The notes under the pieces were generated by a model, which did not search any database, was not told the DNA's origin, and saw nothing but the letters and a program-made list of their open reading frames with translations. Made by a program: the position numbers and the translations under genes. A DNA stretch of 64,000 bases, taken from an uncultured SAR86 cluster bacterium. Lineage in GTDB: Bacteria; Pseudomonadota; Gammaproteobacteria; Magnimaribacterales; D2472. How positions within the stretch are numbered: position 1 is the stretch's first letter; each line of letters starts with the position of its first letter. Location of the stretch: contig CACOZT010000004.1 in NCBI GenBank assembly GCA_902631785.1, forward strand, positions 8,047 to 72,046. Reading direction: 5' to 3'. Below, one piece after another: positions 51,199 to 61,440 of this stretch.

Positions 51199-52592
51199 GA
51201 TGGATCTCCTACAGTTCCGTTTATTGCCGTATATGCTGCCATGATGGGGCTCATTAAATGAGTTCTTCCAAGATAACCTTGTCTTCCTTCAAAGTTTCTG
51301 TTTGAGGTTGATGCACACCTCTCATATGGTTTTAGTTGATCTGGATTCATTCCAAGACACATTGAACATCCTGGATCTCTCCAAACAAATCCTGCATCAG
51401 TAAAAATTTTATCTAATCCTTCATTTTCTGCTTGTTCTTTTACAAGACCAGATCCAGGAACAACAATTGCCTCAGAAATATTTGATGCAACTGTTTTACC
51501 TTTAACTATTTCAGCTGCTTGTCTTAAATCTTCAATCCTAGAATTTGTACATGATCCTATAAAAACTTTATCAAAAGTTAAATCAGACAATTTTGATTCG
51601 TTTTCAATACCCATGTAATCTCTTGCAAGCTCAACATTCTTTTTGTTGTCATCATTAGTATCAAATACTGTTGGAATTGGTTCATCATAATTCATTACCA
51701 TCTCAGGTGAAGTTCCCCATGTAACTTGAGGTTTAATTTTTGAAACATCTATAATTATTTCTTTATCAAATTTTGCATCATCATCTGACTTCAGAGTTTT
51801 CCAATACTCTTCAGCCTTATTAAAAATATCCTTATCAAGAAACGAATTACTTTTAACATAGTCAATAGTCTTTTCATCTGGAGCGATTAATCCAACCTTA
51901 GCACCTGCTTCAATAGCCATGTTGCAAATAGTCATTCTTCCCTCGACAGATATACTACTTATATAAGATCCTGAAAATTCAATAGCATAGCCAGTTCCAC
52001 CTGCAGTACCTATTTGTCTAATCAAATATAAAACAATGTCTTTTGAAGAAACATGTTCGCCTACTTCTCCTTCAAACCTAACATTCATATTTTTTAGTTT
52101 AGAAACTTTTAAGCACTGAGTAGCAAGAACATGCTCAACCTCGGAAGTTCCTATGCCCATTGCTAGACAACCTAGCGCTCCATGCGTCGATGTATGAGAA
52201 TCACCACATACTATTGTCATTCCTGGTAATGTATAACCAAGCTCAGGGCCAATAACATGAACAATGCCTTGATTAGTAGATTGAATATCAAATTGTTTAA
52301 TTCCGAATTTATTGCAATTCTTATCAAGTTCTACAACTTGAATCTTTGATATTTCATCCTCGATTTGCTCTGATCTGAAGTCGCTACCCCTTGTAGTTGG
52401 AACATTATGATCAGGTGTAGCAATATTTGCATCAAGCCTCCAGGGCTTTAAATTTTTCTTTGTTAGTCCTTCAAATGCCTGAGGGGATGTAACCTCATGT
52501 AAATAATGTCTATCTATGTATAGCAGTGACTCGCCAGAATCGAGTCGGGTAACGTGATGCTCCTCCCAGAGTTTGTCGTATAAGGTCTTCAT
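51195..52592 (-). CDS. leuC: 3-isopropylmalate dehydratase large subunit
   Basis: [36 protein letters not shown]. Confidence 0.98.
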   Translation of the reverse strand: MKTLYDKLWEEHHVTRLDSGESLLYIDRHYLHEVTSPQAFEGLTKKNLKPWRLDANIATPDHNVPTTRGSDFRSEQIEDEISKIQVVELDKNCNKFGIKQFDIQSTNQGIVHVIGPELGYTLPGMTIVCGDSHTSTHGALGCLAMGIGTSEVEHVLATQCLKVSKLKNMNVRFEGEVGEHVSSKDIVLYLIRQIGTAGGTGYAIEFSGSYISSISVEGRMTICNMAIEAGAKVGLIAPDEKTIDYVKSNSFLDKDIFNKAEEYWKTLKSDDDAKFDKEIIIDVSKIKPQVTWGTSPEMVMNYDEPIPTVFDTNDDNKKNVELARDYMGIENESKLSDLTFDKVFIGSCTNSRIEDLRQAAEIVKGKTVASNISEAIVVPGSGLVKEQAENEGLDKIFTDAGFVWRDPGCSMCLGMNPDQLKPYERCASTSNRNFEGRQGYLGRTHLMSPIMAAYTAINGTVGDPS

Positions 52593-52597
52593 TATCT

Positions 52598-53680
52598 TTA
52601 TTCACTAAAAGGTAATTCCTGTTTAATTTCTGCGCATTGTGCTCTATTAATTAACAAATGATCAACGAGTACTAGGCTAACCATTGCTTCTGCAATTGGT
52701 ACGGCCCTTATTCCAACGCATGGATCATGTCTGCCACTAACTTCTATATTAACCTCTTCACCATCTTTATTAACAGTTTTTCCTTTCGTTTTGATGCTAG
52801 AGGTTGGTTTAATAATAAAACTTAGGCTTATATCATCTCCATTAGATATGCCACCCAATATTCCGCCTGAGTTATTTGAAGAGAAACCAGATGCTGTTAT
52901 TTCATCTCTTGCCTCTGAACCTTTTAAGCTTAATAAATCTTCTGCATTACCTATAGAAACTGATTTTACTGCGTTAATAGTCATTATTGCTTTAGCTAAA
53001 TTTGCATCTAACTTCTCAAAAACAGGATCACCTAATCCGACAGGACAGTTTTCAACAATAACTCCTAATTTTGCTCCAACAGAATTACCCTCTTCAATTA
53101 ACTCTTTAAACATTAAATCTAAATCAGGTAGTTTTGATTCGTCACAGAAAAAATATTTGTTATTAATATCTTTATGATTTAATGATTCAGCCTTCACTTC
53201 TCCTATTTCAGAAACAAAACCATTTACTGAAATCCCCTCTTTTGCCAGAATCTTTTTCGCTATAGCTCCGGCAGCAACCCAATTCGCAGTCTCTCTTGCA
53301 CTTGCTCTTCCCCCACCTCTGTAATCTCTGTGGCCATATTTTGCATAATAAGTAATATCCGCATGATTTGGTCTAAAAACATCTTTTATGTTTGAATAAT
53401 CTTTAGATTGCTGATCTTTGTTGTAAATAATCATTCCTATTGGTGTCCCTAGGGTTTTTCCCTCAAAAACTCCAGATAAAATCTCAACAGCATCATCTTC
53501 TTTTCTTTGAGTTGTTACATCTGATTGACCAGGCTTTCTTCTATCTAAATCGTGCTGAATATCTTCTTTTGTTAGCTCAATTTGAGGTGGACATCCATCT
53601 AAAATGCAGCCCATAGCAGTGCCATGACTCTCTCCAAAAGTCGTAATTTTAAATAATTTTCCAAACGTATTGCCTGACAT
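52598..53680 (-). CDS. aroC: Chorismate synthase
   Basis: [32 protein letters not shown]. Confidence 0.98.
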   Translation of the reverse strand: MSGNTFGKLFKITTFGESHGTAMGCILDGCPPQIELTKEDIQHDLDRRKPGQSDVTTQRKEDDAVEILSGVFEGKTLGTPIGMIIYNKDQQSKDYSNIKDVFRPNHADITYYAKYGHRDYRGGGRASARETANWVAAGAIAKKILAKEGISVNGFVSEIGEVKAESLNHKDINNKYFFCDESKLPDLDLMFKELIEEGNSVGAKLGVIVENCPVGLGDPVFEKLDANLAKAIMTINAVKSVSIGNAEDLLSLKGSEARDEITASGFSSNNSGGILGGISNGDDISLSFIIKPTSSIKTKGKTVNKDGEEVNIEVSGRHDPCVGIRAVPIAEAMVSLVLVDHLLINRAQCAEIKQELPFSE

Positions 53681-53781
53681 GGCGATAATTATAGTCCAAA
53701 AAGCTAAAAAAGCCTTATTTCATGCGATTTTTGATATTATTGAGAAATATTAATCTAAAGTATTATATTTTCTTGATTTAA

Positions 53782-54006
53782 ATGAAACATTATTCAAAAC
53801 CTTTGTCTTTATATGAAATTGACTTGCTTCACTATACATCTGTTGGAAGCGATAAAGAATATTTTGCAGATGCCCTTATTCTTAAAGCTGTAGACAAAAA
53901 TGGAATCAATCTCTATAAAAAAGAGGATAAAGAGAATCTTCTCAAATATAGCAAATCTGATTTAGAGTTAATGTATTTTGAAATGTTTGAGAATGAACTA
54001 TCATAA
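53782..54006 (+). CDS. Small hypothetical protein (possibly phage-derived)
   Basis: 74 aa ORF filling an otherwise large gap; see findings. Confidence 0.6.
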   Translation: MKHYSKPLSLYEIDLLHYTSVGSDKEYFADALILKAVDKNGINLYKKEDKENLLKYSKSDLELMYFEMFENELS

Positions 54007-54033
54007 AAGAAATTTTTTAAAGGATTTTTAAAA

Positions 54034-54423
54034 ATGTTAGAAAATACTCAAATACTTATCTCTGGTTTAATTTGTGGCGTAATTCTTTTTCAAACTGCCA
54101 TCATAGCTCCATCAATATTCAAAATATTTAGTGCTGAAGATGCTGGGCCTTTTTTAAGAACTATTTTCCCCAAATTATTTATGTTAGTAGCTACACTATC
54201 GTTAATTGCGCTAATTCTTTCCTTTGTATCAGGCATAAAACTTAGTCTTTACGTATACTCATTTACTTTTATTTTTATGTTGATTTGCTATCACATTGTT
54301 CCAATAACTAATAAAGCAAGAGATGATGGAAATAATAAAAAGTTTAGTAGACTACACACAGTAAGTGTAGTTCTAACAATGTTAGTTCTTATATTAAATC
54401 TTGGTTGGTTATTTTTAATTTAA
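54034..54423 (+). CDS. DUF4149/TMEM205-like membrane protein
   Basis: Four TM segments; IAPSIFK, AGPFLRTIFP, FSRLH..SV; AAGGA SD. Confidence 0.8.
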   Translation: MLENTQILISGLICGVILFQTAIIAPSIFKIFSAEDAGPFLRTIFPKLFMLVATLSLIALILSFVSGIKLSLYVYSFTFIFMLICYHIVPITNKARDDGNNKKFSRLHTVSVVLTMLVLILNLGWLFLI

Positions 54424-54430
54424 TAAAAAT

Positions 54431-55876
54431 TTATTTAGATAATAATGACTGGAAATCAATAACAGAAGTATTTTCAAGTTCTTTTTGGTTCATACATAGG
54501 TCGAAAATTTCACTAGAGACTTCTTCATCATATGTAATAGCTAAATTGTCTTTAAATTTCTTTTCTAAAACTGGAATTCCTTCCTCTCTTCTTCTTTTGT
54601 GTCCAATAGGGTATTCAACCTCAACTTCGTCTGTTGAAGTGCCATCATTGAAATGAATTTGAATTCTGTTTGCTATTGAGCGCTTATCTGCTTCAAGATA
54701 TTCTTTTGAGTATCTTTTGTCCTCGTTAATTATCATTTTTTCTCTTAATGCATCAATTCTCGGGTCTTTTGCGACATCATCTTCATAATCCTCTGCAACT
54801 AAATTGCCTTTTAACAAACCAATAGCAACCATATATTGCAAACAATGATCTCTATCAGCAGGATTATTAAGCTCACCTACTTTTGAAATAATTCTAATTG
54901 CAGACTCATGCGTAGTAATTTCAACAGATTTTATATCATCAATTCTATCTTTGATTAAATCATGAAGCTTTACAGCTGCCTCAACTGCAGTTTGAGCATG
55001 AAATTCTGCAGGGAAGCTAATCTTAAAAAGAATATTTTCCATGACATAAGTTTCAAACGGCTGCGGTAGAGAGAGTTTTTCTCCATCAAATGAAACATCT
55101 TCAAACCCCCATACTGGTGCGGACAAAACACCAGGATATCCCATCTCACCAGACATGGTAATCATTGCTAATCGAACAGCTCTGCTAGTTGCATCACCTG
55201 CTGCCCAGCTTTTTCTTGAACCTGCATTTGGAGCATGCCTGTATGTTCTTAAACTTTGACCATCCACCCAAGCTTGACTTACAGCGTCTTTAATTTGATC
55301 TGCAGAACCTCCTAGTAATTTAGTAGCTACTGCTGTTGAAGCAACTTTTACTAATATTACATGATCGAGTCCAACTCTATTAAAACTATTTTCAAGAGCT
55401 AAAACGCCTTGAATTTCATGAGCCATAATCATGGATTCTAAAACAGTTCGCATGGTTAAAGGTTGTTTTCCATCAGCAATATTTCGTTGTGAAATAAAAT
55501 CACATACCGACAATATTGCACCTAAATTATCTGAGGGATGACCCCATTCTGCAGCAAGCCAAGTATCGTTATAATCAAGCCATCTAACAATACAACCAAT
55601 ATCGAAAGCTCCTTTTACAGGGTCTAGCTCATAATCTGTTCCAGGTACTCTAACGCCAAAAGGCACCTTTGTATTTTTAACTATTGGTCCAAGCATTTTT
55701 GTACAAGCAGGGAATTGAAGTGCCAAAAGACCGCATCCAATGGTATCAATAAGACAATTTCTTGCAGTATCTAATGCTAAATCAGATTTAATTTCATAAT
55801 TTGAAACGTAATTAGAAATTTCAGAAATAAGTCCATCAAACCCGGGTCTGACATTCAGATCTACATTTGATGACAT
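54431..55876 (-). CDS. prpD: 2-methylcitrate dehydratase
   Basis: [44 protein letters not shown]. Confidence 0.97.
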   Translation of the reverse strand: MSSNVDLNVRPGFDGLISEISNYVSNYEIKSDLALDTARNCLIDTIGCGLLALQFPACTKMLGPIVKNTKVPFGVRVPGTDYELDPVKGAFDIGCIVRWLDYNDTWLAAEWGHPSDNLGAILSVCDFISQRNIADGKQPLTMRTVLESMIMAHEIQGVLALENSFNRVGLDHVILVKVASTAVATKLLGGSADQIKDAVSQAWVDGQSLRTYRHAPNAGSRKSWAAGDATSRAVRLAMITMSGEMGYPGVLSAPVWGFEDVSFDGEKLSLPQPFETYVMENILFKISFPAEFHAQTAVEAAVKLHDLIKDRIDDIKSVEITTHESAIRIISKVGELNNPADRDHCLQYMVAIGLLKGNLVAEDYEDDVAKDPRIDALREKMIINEDKRYSKEYLEADKRSIANRIQIHFNDGTSTDEVEVEYPIGHKRRREEGIPVLEKKFKDNLAITYDEEVSSEIFDLCMNQKELENTSVIDFQSLLSK

Positions 55877-55879
55877 GTT

Positions 55880-57001
55880 TTAAGACCTATCGGAGATATC
55901 GACCCACTCTGAAGATTCAACTCCAATATAGTCGGCGCTTGGTCTAATGATTCGATTGTTGGCCCTTTGTTCCATGCAATGCGCTGTCCAACCAGAAACT
56001 CTAGACATTACAAATATTGGTGTAAATAATTTTGTTGGTATGCCCATATAAAAATACGCTGGTGCATGAAAAAAGTCTGCATTAGCAAACATTTTCTTTT
56101 CGTCAGCCATAACCTTCTCTACCTCATCAGCAATTTGATATAAAGTATCGCTTTCTGCTAATTCAGATAGTTCTTTTGCATATTCTTTTATCACAGCATT
56201 TCTTGGGTCTCTTACTGAGTAAACTGCATGACCAAAGCCCATTATTTTTTCTTTGTTACTAAGCATCTCAATAATTTTTGTTCTAGCTTCCTCTTTCGAA
56301 GTCCAATTTTCGATTAACTCCATTGCTTTTTCATTTGCTCCTCCATGAAGAGGGCCTCTTAGAGATCCAATTGCGGCTACAACGCAAGAATGAATATCTG
56401 ACATAGTTGATGCACAGACTCTTGCTGTAAAAGTAGATGCATTAAACTCATGCTCAGCGTATAAAATTAAAGAAACATCCATAACTTTTCTGTGTAAATC
56501 AGATGGCGTCTTTCCATGAAGTATATGTAAAAAATGACCAGCCATACTATCTTCATCATTTAAGAGGTCTATATCCAAACCCTCATGAGAATATTTATAC
56601 CAGTAAGTAACAATAGAAGGCATTGTTGCTATCATCCTGTTAATTGAATTTAACTGATTAGAAAATTCTCCCTCTGGTTCTAAATTGCCTAACATTGAAG
56701 TACCCGTTCGCATTACATCCATTGGATGAGCCGAAGATGGAATTTTTTGAAGGACTTGTTTTAGTGAGTTAGGAAGATCTCTTTGACTCTTTAGTAATTG
56801 TTTATAATCTTCAAGTTCTGTTTGATTTGGAAGTTTATCGTAAAGTAGAAGGTAAGCCACCTCCTCAAAAGATGATTTCTCAGCAAGTAGTTCAATCTTA
56901 TGACCTCTATACGCCAATCCCTCGATTTGACCAACAGTTGATAGTGATGTTTCTCCAGCAACTTGTCCTCTTAATCCTGCGCCCTCTAATTTTTTAGTCA
57001 T
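55880..57001 (-). CDS. prpC: 2-methylcitrate synthase
   Basis: GAGLRGQVAG, YAEHEFNAST, GPLHGGANE, MGFGH; between prpB and prpD. Confidence 0.96.
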   Translation of the reverse strand: MTKKLEGAGLRGQVAGETSLSTVGQIEGLAYRGHKIELLAEKSSFEEVAYLLLYDKLPNQTELEDYKQLLKSQRDLPNSLKQVLQKIPSSAHPMDVMRTGTSMLGNLEPEGEFSNQLNSINRMIATMPSIVTYWYKYSHEGLDIDLLNDEDSMAGHFLHILHGKTPSDLHRKVMDVSLILYAEHEFNASTFTARVCASTMSDIHSCVVAAIGSLRGPLHGGANEKAMELIENWTSKEEARTKIIEMLSNKEKIMGFGHAVYSVRDPRNAVIKEYAKELSELAESDTLYQIADEVEKVMADEKKMFANADFFHAPAYFYMGIPTKLFTPIFVMSRVSGWTAHCMEQRANNRIIRPSADYIGVESSEWVDISDRS

Positions 57002-57882
57002 GAACTTTCCTTTTCATTATTTTCAAATTGTTCATCAAGTTGTTTCTCAAAATTATAATAATCAAGAACTTCATACAACTCTTCTCGGGTTTGCATTATA
57101 TCTAACAGAGGCTCTTGTGTCCCGTCTTTAAGAATTGAATTATAAATTTTCTCAGCTGATAGACTCATCGCTCTAAATGCAGTAAGAGGATACAAAACTA
57201 TATCAACTCCAACATCACTAAGATCTTTTTGCGAATATAATGGAGTTTTTCCAAATTCAGTGATATTAGCCAGTAATGGTGCTGAAAAATTACTTTTAAA
57301 TTCCTTATATTCATCTAAAGATACCGCTGCTTCAAAGAAAATTCCGTCAGCACCTGCTTTTAGATATTCTCCACATCTTTCGATTGCTTTGTCTATTCCT
57401 TCTGATGCAAGCGCATCAGTTCTTGCCATTATAAAAAATGATTCATCATTTTTTGCACTTACAGCGGCTTTTAATCTGTCTTGCATTTCTGAAATACTGA
57501 CAATTTGTTTATTTGGTCTGTGTCCACATCTTTTATCAAAAACCTGATCCTCAATATGAACTGCAGCTACTCCAGCTTTTTCCATTTCTACAATAGTATT
57601 TGAGACTGCATCAAAATCTCCCCAACCAGTATCTATATCAACTAAAAGAGGCAATTCCGAAGCATCTGTAATTCTTTTTGCATCAATTAATACATCTTCT
57701 AAAGACGTAACACCTAGGTCAGGAAGACCATATGAGGCAGCAGCAACACCACTGCCAGATAGATAAATAGCATTATAACCAGATCTTTCTGCTAACTTTG
57801 CTGAATAAGCATTAATTGCTCCTGGAATAACTAAAGGATTGTTATTTTTTATGGCGTTTCTAAATTTTTTACCTGGTTTCAT
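56998..57882 (-). CDS. prpB: 2-methylisocitrate lyase
   Basis: GLPDLG, VDIDTG, KRCGHRP, ANITEFG. Confidence 0.96.
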   Translation of the reverse strand: MKPGKKFRNAIKNNNPLVIPGAINAYSAKLAERSGYNAIYLSGSGVAAASYGLPDLGVTSLEDVLIDAKRITDASELPLLVDIDTGWGDFDAVSNTIVEMEKAGVAAVHIEDQVFDKRCGHRPNKQIVSISEMQDRLKAAVSAKNDESFFIMARTDALASEGIDKAIERCGEYLKAGADGIFFEAAVSLDEYKEFKSNFSAPLLANITEFGKTPLYSQKDLSDVGVDIVLYPLTAFRAMSLSAEKIYNSILKDGTQEPLLDIMQTREELYEVLDYYNFEKQLDEQFENNEKESS

Positions 57883-57883
57883 A

Positions 57884-58543
57884 TTAGTAAAATTTAATAC
57901 CTCTTATAATTCTGTCCTTATTATTTTTTCTTCGCCATCTGTTAGTATCTCTTAGACTATATACACAACCACAGTATTCTTGTTGGTAAAAATGCTCTCT
58001 TTTTGAAATTTCTATCATCCTCGATGAGCCGCCATTTTTTCTCCAATTAAAATCCCAGTAAGAAATATTTTCATATCTTGAAGCAGCTCTGTGTCCAGAA
58101 TCATTGATTTGATCCATATCCTTCCATCTTGAGATACCGAGAGTAGTTGCAAAAACATTGAATTCATTTTCATATGCAAAAAGTGCAGATCTTTCAAAAC
58201 GCATATCAAAACATTTTGTACACCTCTCTCCTCTCTCCGGTTCATTTTCTAATCCTTTTATCCTTTCAAACCAGTTATCTTTATCATAATCACCATCAAT
58301 ACACTCGAATCCAACTTTTTCACAAAATCTTCTATTTTCATCTTTTCTTATCTCGTATTCATCAATAGGATGAATATTAGGATTATAAAAATAGACCGTA
58401 GTATTTATTTCTGATGCTGCAAGCCCTTCAATGATTTCTCCAGAGCATGGAGCGCAACAGCTATGAAGAAGAAGTTTTTTTTCTCCATTGGGTATCTTTA
58501 ATTCAGGTCTTTTATAGTTTTGTAGCTTTAAATCATTACTCAT
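57884..58543 (-). CDS. queH: Epoxyqueuosine reductase QueH (DUF208)
   Basis: [29 protein letters not shown]. Confidence 0.92.
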   Translation of the reverse strand: MSNDLKLQNYKRPELKIPNGEKKLLLHSCCAPCSGEIIEGLAASEINTTVYFYNPNIHPIDEYEIRKDENRRFCEKVGFECIDGDYDKDNWFERIKGLENEPERGERCTKCFDMRFERSALFAYENEFNVFATTLGISRWKDMDQINDSGHRAASRYENISYWDFNWRKNGGSSRMIEISKREHFYQQEYCGCVYSLRDTNRWRRKNNKDRIIRGIKFY

Positions 58544-59147
58544 TTACGAATACCGAATTCTGTGTAATTGCTTTCTCAAGATCATTATAATTATGAAAAG
58601 ATGCTATTTCAGGAAATTGTGAAGAAATTTTATCTGGAGCATTTATAAAGAAGCCTTTATCAGCCACCTCAAACATTTGAATATCATTATGAGAATCGCC
58701 AGCTGCAATACATCTGTATCCAATATCTTTAAATGCAGTTATTGCTTGTTTTTTTGCTTGTGGATCTCTAAGTTTATACGAAACAATCTCATCATTATTA
58801 ATTTCAAGATTGTGGCATAGTAAAAAAGGAAATCCTAACTTTTCCATCAGCGGTTTAGCAATATCATGAAAAGTGTCGGACAAAATTACAACTTGAAAAT
58901 TTTTTTTAAGATTGGAAACAAATTCAAATGCGCCTGGCAACAGATCTACAGAAGATGCAGCTTTTTGTATATCTGATAAACCAATTCCTTCTTTTGACAT
59001 AACTTTTATTCGCATGTCTAAAAGATCCTCATAAGATGGAATGTCTCTTGTTGTTTTACCTAGATCTTCGACACCAGTTAATTGTGCAACTTTTTCCCAT
59101 ATTTCCTCAGTGAGAGTTCCTTCCATATCTAGACAAACAATTTCCAT
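58536..59147 (-). CDS. thrH: Phosphoserine phosphatase / homoserine phosphotransferase
   Basis: [26 protein letters not shown]. Confidence 0.92.
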   Translation of the reverse strand: MEIVCLDMEGTLTEEIWEKVAQLTGVEDLGKTTRDIPSYEDLLDMRIKVMSKEGIGLSDIQKAASSVDLLPGAFEFVSNLKKNFQVVILSDTFHDIAKPLMEKLGFPFLLCHNLEINNDEIVSYKLRDPQAKKQAITAFKDIGYRCIAAGDSHNDIQMFEVADKGFFINAPDKISSQFPEIASFHNYNDLEKAITQNSVFVNE

Positions 59148-59150
59148 AAT

Positions 59151-60047
59151 CTAATTATTTTTTATGCCGTACGGCACATGAGCTGAAGCAGTTGAATCCA
59201 CCGCACTAATGATGTGTTTTTTTTGGTCATCGAAAAAGATGTCAGCATCAAAAGATGCTAAAAATTTAGTTTTATCTTTTCCACCTAGAAATAACGATTC
59301 ATCTATTCGAACACCCCATTTTCTTAAAGTTTTAATAACTCTTTTGTCAGATGGTGCAGATCTGGCAGTAACTAAAGCAGTTCTAATTGGACATTCATTT
59401 ATTTCAAAATCATTTTGAATTTTATTAAGCTCCACTAAAAAAGATTTAAATGGACCCTCTTTAAGGAATGACTTAGCATTCACTTCATTTTTGATAAAAG
59501 CATCTAGTCCTTTTTCATGGAAAACTTTTTCAGATTCGTCAGAGAAGATGACAGAATCTCCATCAAAAGCAATTTTAAGAATTCCTGAATCTGATTTTTT
59601 ATTTTTATCTAATGAGCGTGACATTATTGTTGCAGCAGCTACATTACTTTTTATAGCCAATTTAACATCATCTGAGCTACTTGATAAAAATAAATGAACG
59701 CCAAAGTCTTTAACATACCTATGAGGACTTTCACCTCCGCAAAATGCTGCTCTTGATATATTTAAATTATGATCTTCAATTGAATTTCTAATTCTGAGAC
59801 CTGTATCTGATGTATTTCTAGACAACAAAATAACTTCTACTCTTTCCAGGCCATCATAAAGATCATTTATATTGAGAATCTTTTTAACTAAGTTGAAAGC
59901 CTGGCCAGGTTTTAAAGTTTTATCTTCATTCTCAATTTGATAATCTTCATATGATTTAAGACCCTGTTTTTTATATATTTCATGACTTTCATCAAGATCA
60001 AATAGAGCTCTTGAGGAAATTCCAATAATTAACTTCGAATCCTGCAT
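59151..60047 (-). CDS. 5'-nucleotidase (NT5C1-like HAD)
   Basis: ISSRALFDL, EVILLSRN, AFDGDSVIFSDE, TARSAP, IFFDDQ, HVPYG. Confidence 0.92.
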   Translation of the reverse strand: MQDSKLIIGISSRALFDLDESHEIYKKQGLKSYEDYQIENEDKTLKPGQAFNLVKKILNINDLYDGLERVEVILLSRNTSDTGLRIRNSIEDHNLNISRAAFCGGESPHRYVKDFGVHLFLSSSSDDVKLAIKSNVAAATIMSRSLDKNKKSDSGILKIAFDGDSVIFSDESEKVFHEKGLDAFIKNEVNAKSFLKEGPFKSFLVELNKIQNDFEINECPIRTALVTARSAPSDKRVIKTLRKWGVRIDESLFLGGKDKTKFLASFDADIFFDDQKKHIISAVDSTASAHVPYGIKNN

Positions 60048-60084
60048 ATTAATTAAATTTGTAAAAACTCATTATTTTATATTA

Positions 60085-60104
60085 TACTGTACATATATTC
60101 AGTA
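60085..60104 (+). promoter_or_regulatory. LexA (SOS) box upstream of lexA
   Basis: TA-CTGTACATATATTCAG-TA (CTG-N10-CAG) overlapping a TATACT -10-like hexamer. Confidence 0.88.
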
Positions 60105-60115
60105 TTTTTATTATT

Positions 60116-60727
60116 ATGAAAGAAATAACATCACAACAACAACGTGTATTAGATTGTATTCAAATTTACATAAAGAAAACAGGCTTTCCTCCAACAAGAG
60201 CAGATATTTGCAGAGAATTAGGGTTTAAATCTCCGAATTCGGCTGAAACTCATCTCAGAGCTCTTGAAAAAAAAGGGTTTATTTCAATTGAAAGCGGAAC
60301 CTCAAGAGGCATCTCAGTAAATAATCAAAACTCGTTAAGTGAAAATGAATATCCAGTAATTGGCTTAGTGGCTGCGGGTTCACCTACTCTTGCTGAGGAA
60401 AATATAGAAAAAACAATTAATTGTCCAAAGTCCTTTTTTGAGTCAGATTTTGATTATTTTCTTAAGGTTAGAGGCTTAAGTATGAAAGATGTAGGTATCA
60501 TGGAAGATGATCTCATTGCAGTCAAAAAAACTACAGATGTAAAAAATGGTGACATCGTTATTGCAAGGCTTGAAGACGAGGTTACAGTTAAATTCTTTAA
60601 TAGAAAATCATCAAATATTGTTGAGCTAGTGCCAGCAAATCAAGATTTCGAGAATATTGTTGTTAATCTAGAAAGTGAACAACTGTACATTGAGGGAAAG
60701 AGCGTAGGACTTTTAAGAAGGAATTAA
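60116..60727 (+). CDS. lexA: LexA repressor
   Basis: PPTRADI..LGFKSPNSAE.HL, VAAG cleavage site, GLSM, VTVK. Confidence 0.97.
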   Translation: MKEITSQQQRVLDCIQIYIKKTGFPPTRADICRELGFKSPNSAETHLRALEKKGFISIESGTSRGISVNNQNSLSENEYPVIGLVAAGSPTLAEENIEKTINCPKSFFESDFDYFLKVRGLSMKDVGIMEDDLIAVKKTTDVKNGDIVIARLEDEVTVKFFNRKSSNIVELVPANQDFENIVVNLESEQLYIEGKSVGLLRRN

Positions 60728-60981
60728 TGAACAATATTTTGTTTTTTTGAAAACCTTTCTCTTTGCTTTTCAAAAAACTCATCAAGGTCGCTTACATTAC
60801 CGCTAACACTTTCAATTCCTGCTCTGATCATCTCTTTTGCAACAGATAGTTCTTGACCTCTTAAAAAATCTTTGGACTCTTTTGAGAATTCAATTTTTAC
60901 GATAGGATTTTCGTGATCGTCTGATCGTCTAAGTACAATACTTCCATCAGGTAATTGAGCTAGCTCTAAATAATTTGCCAT
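60724..60981 (-). CDS. Conserved hypothetical protein
   Basis: 85 aa, AAGGA SD; YLELAQLPDG.IVLRR...FS.E.K.FL...VAK.M resembles a small protein of Pseudomonadales-type genomes (recalled, not searched). Confidence 0.72.
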   Translation of the reverse strand: MANYLELAQLPDGSIVLRRSDDHENPIVKIEFSKESKDFLRGQELSVAKEMIRAGIESVSGNVSDLDEFFEKQRERFSKKQNIVH

Positions 60982-61002
60982 GTTTTTCCTTAAAGTTTTA
61001 GC

Positions 61003-61440
61003 TTAACATTCATCAAGTATTTTGCGAAGTAACTCATTGAATGTTTTATATTTATTTAATATCAAAGAAAACTTTTTCAAGTCATTTGATCTATTACTTG
61101 AAATTATATTTTGATCAGGAACAGTAATTACTCTCATTTTTGAATCTTGAAGTAATGACATAAGTCCATCTTCATCAAACTCACTATAAACTATATTTTC
61201 TATTGTTCTTATCCCCATTAATCTTTTCCATTTGGATTTAAAATTTAGCTCCTCGATAGACTCAAGATCATTTTTAAATATCTCATAGATATGATTTGCG
61301 TCGCAATCAAGGCTATTTTCAATACACGAAATAAAAAGGAGTTGGTTTTGATTGTCTTTTGATGAGCTGTCAAAATTAATATCTTTTAAAATTTCTTCAG
61401 ATAAATCTATGTAGAGATTTGATAATTCCTTATATTCCAC
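61003..61440 (-). CDS. Hypothetical protein coupled to topA
   Basis: 145 aa ORF; GTG start overlaps topA stop (TAGTG). Confidence 0.65.
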   Translation of the reverse strand: MEYKELSNLYIDLSEEILKDINFDSSSKDNQNQLLFISCIENSLDCDANHIYEIFKNDLESIEELNFKSKWKRLMGIRTIENIVYSEFDEDGLMSLLQDSKMRVITVPDQNIISSNRSNDLKKFSLILNKYKTFNELLRKILDEC

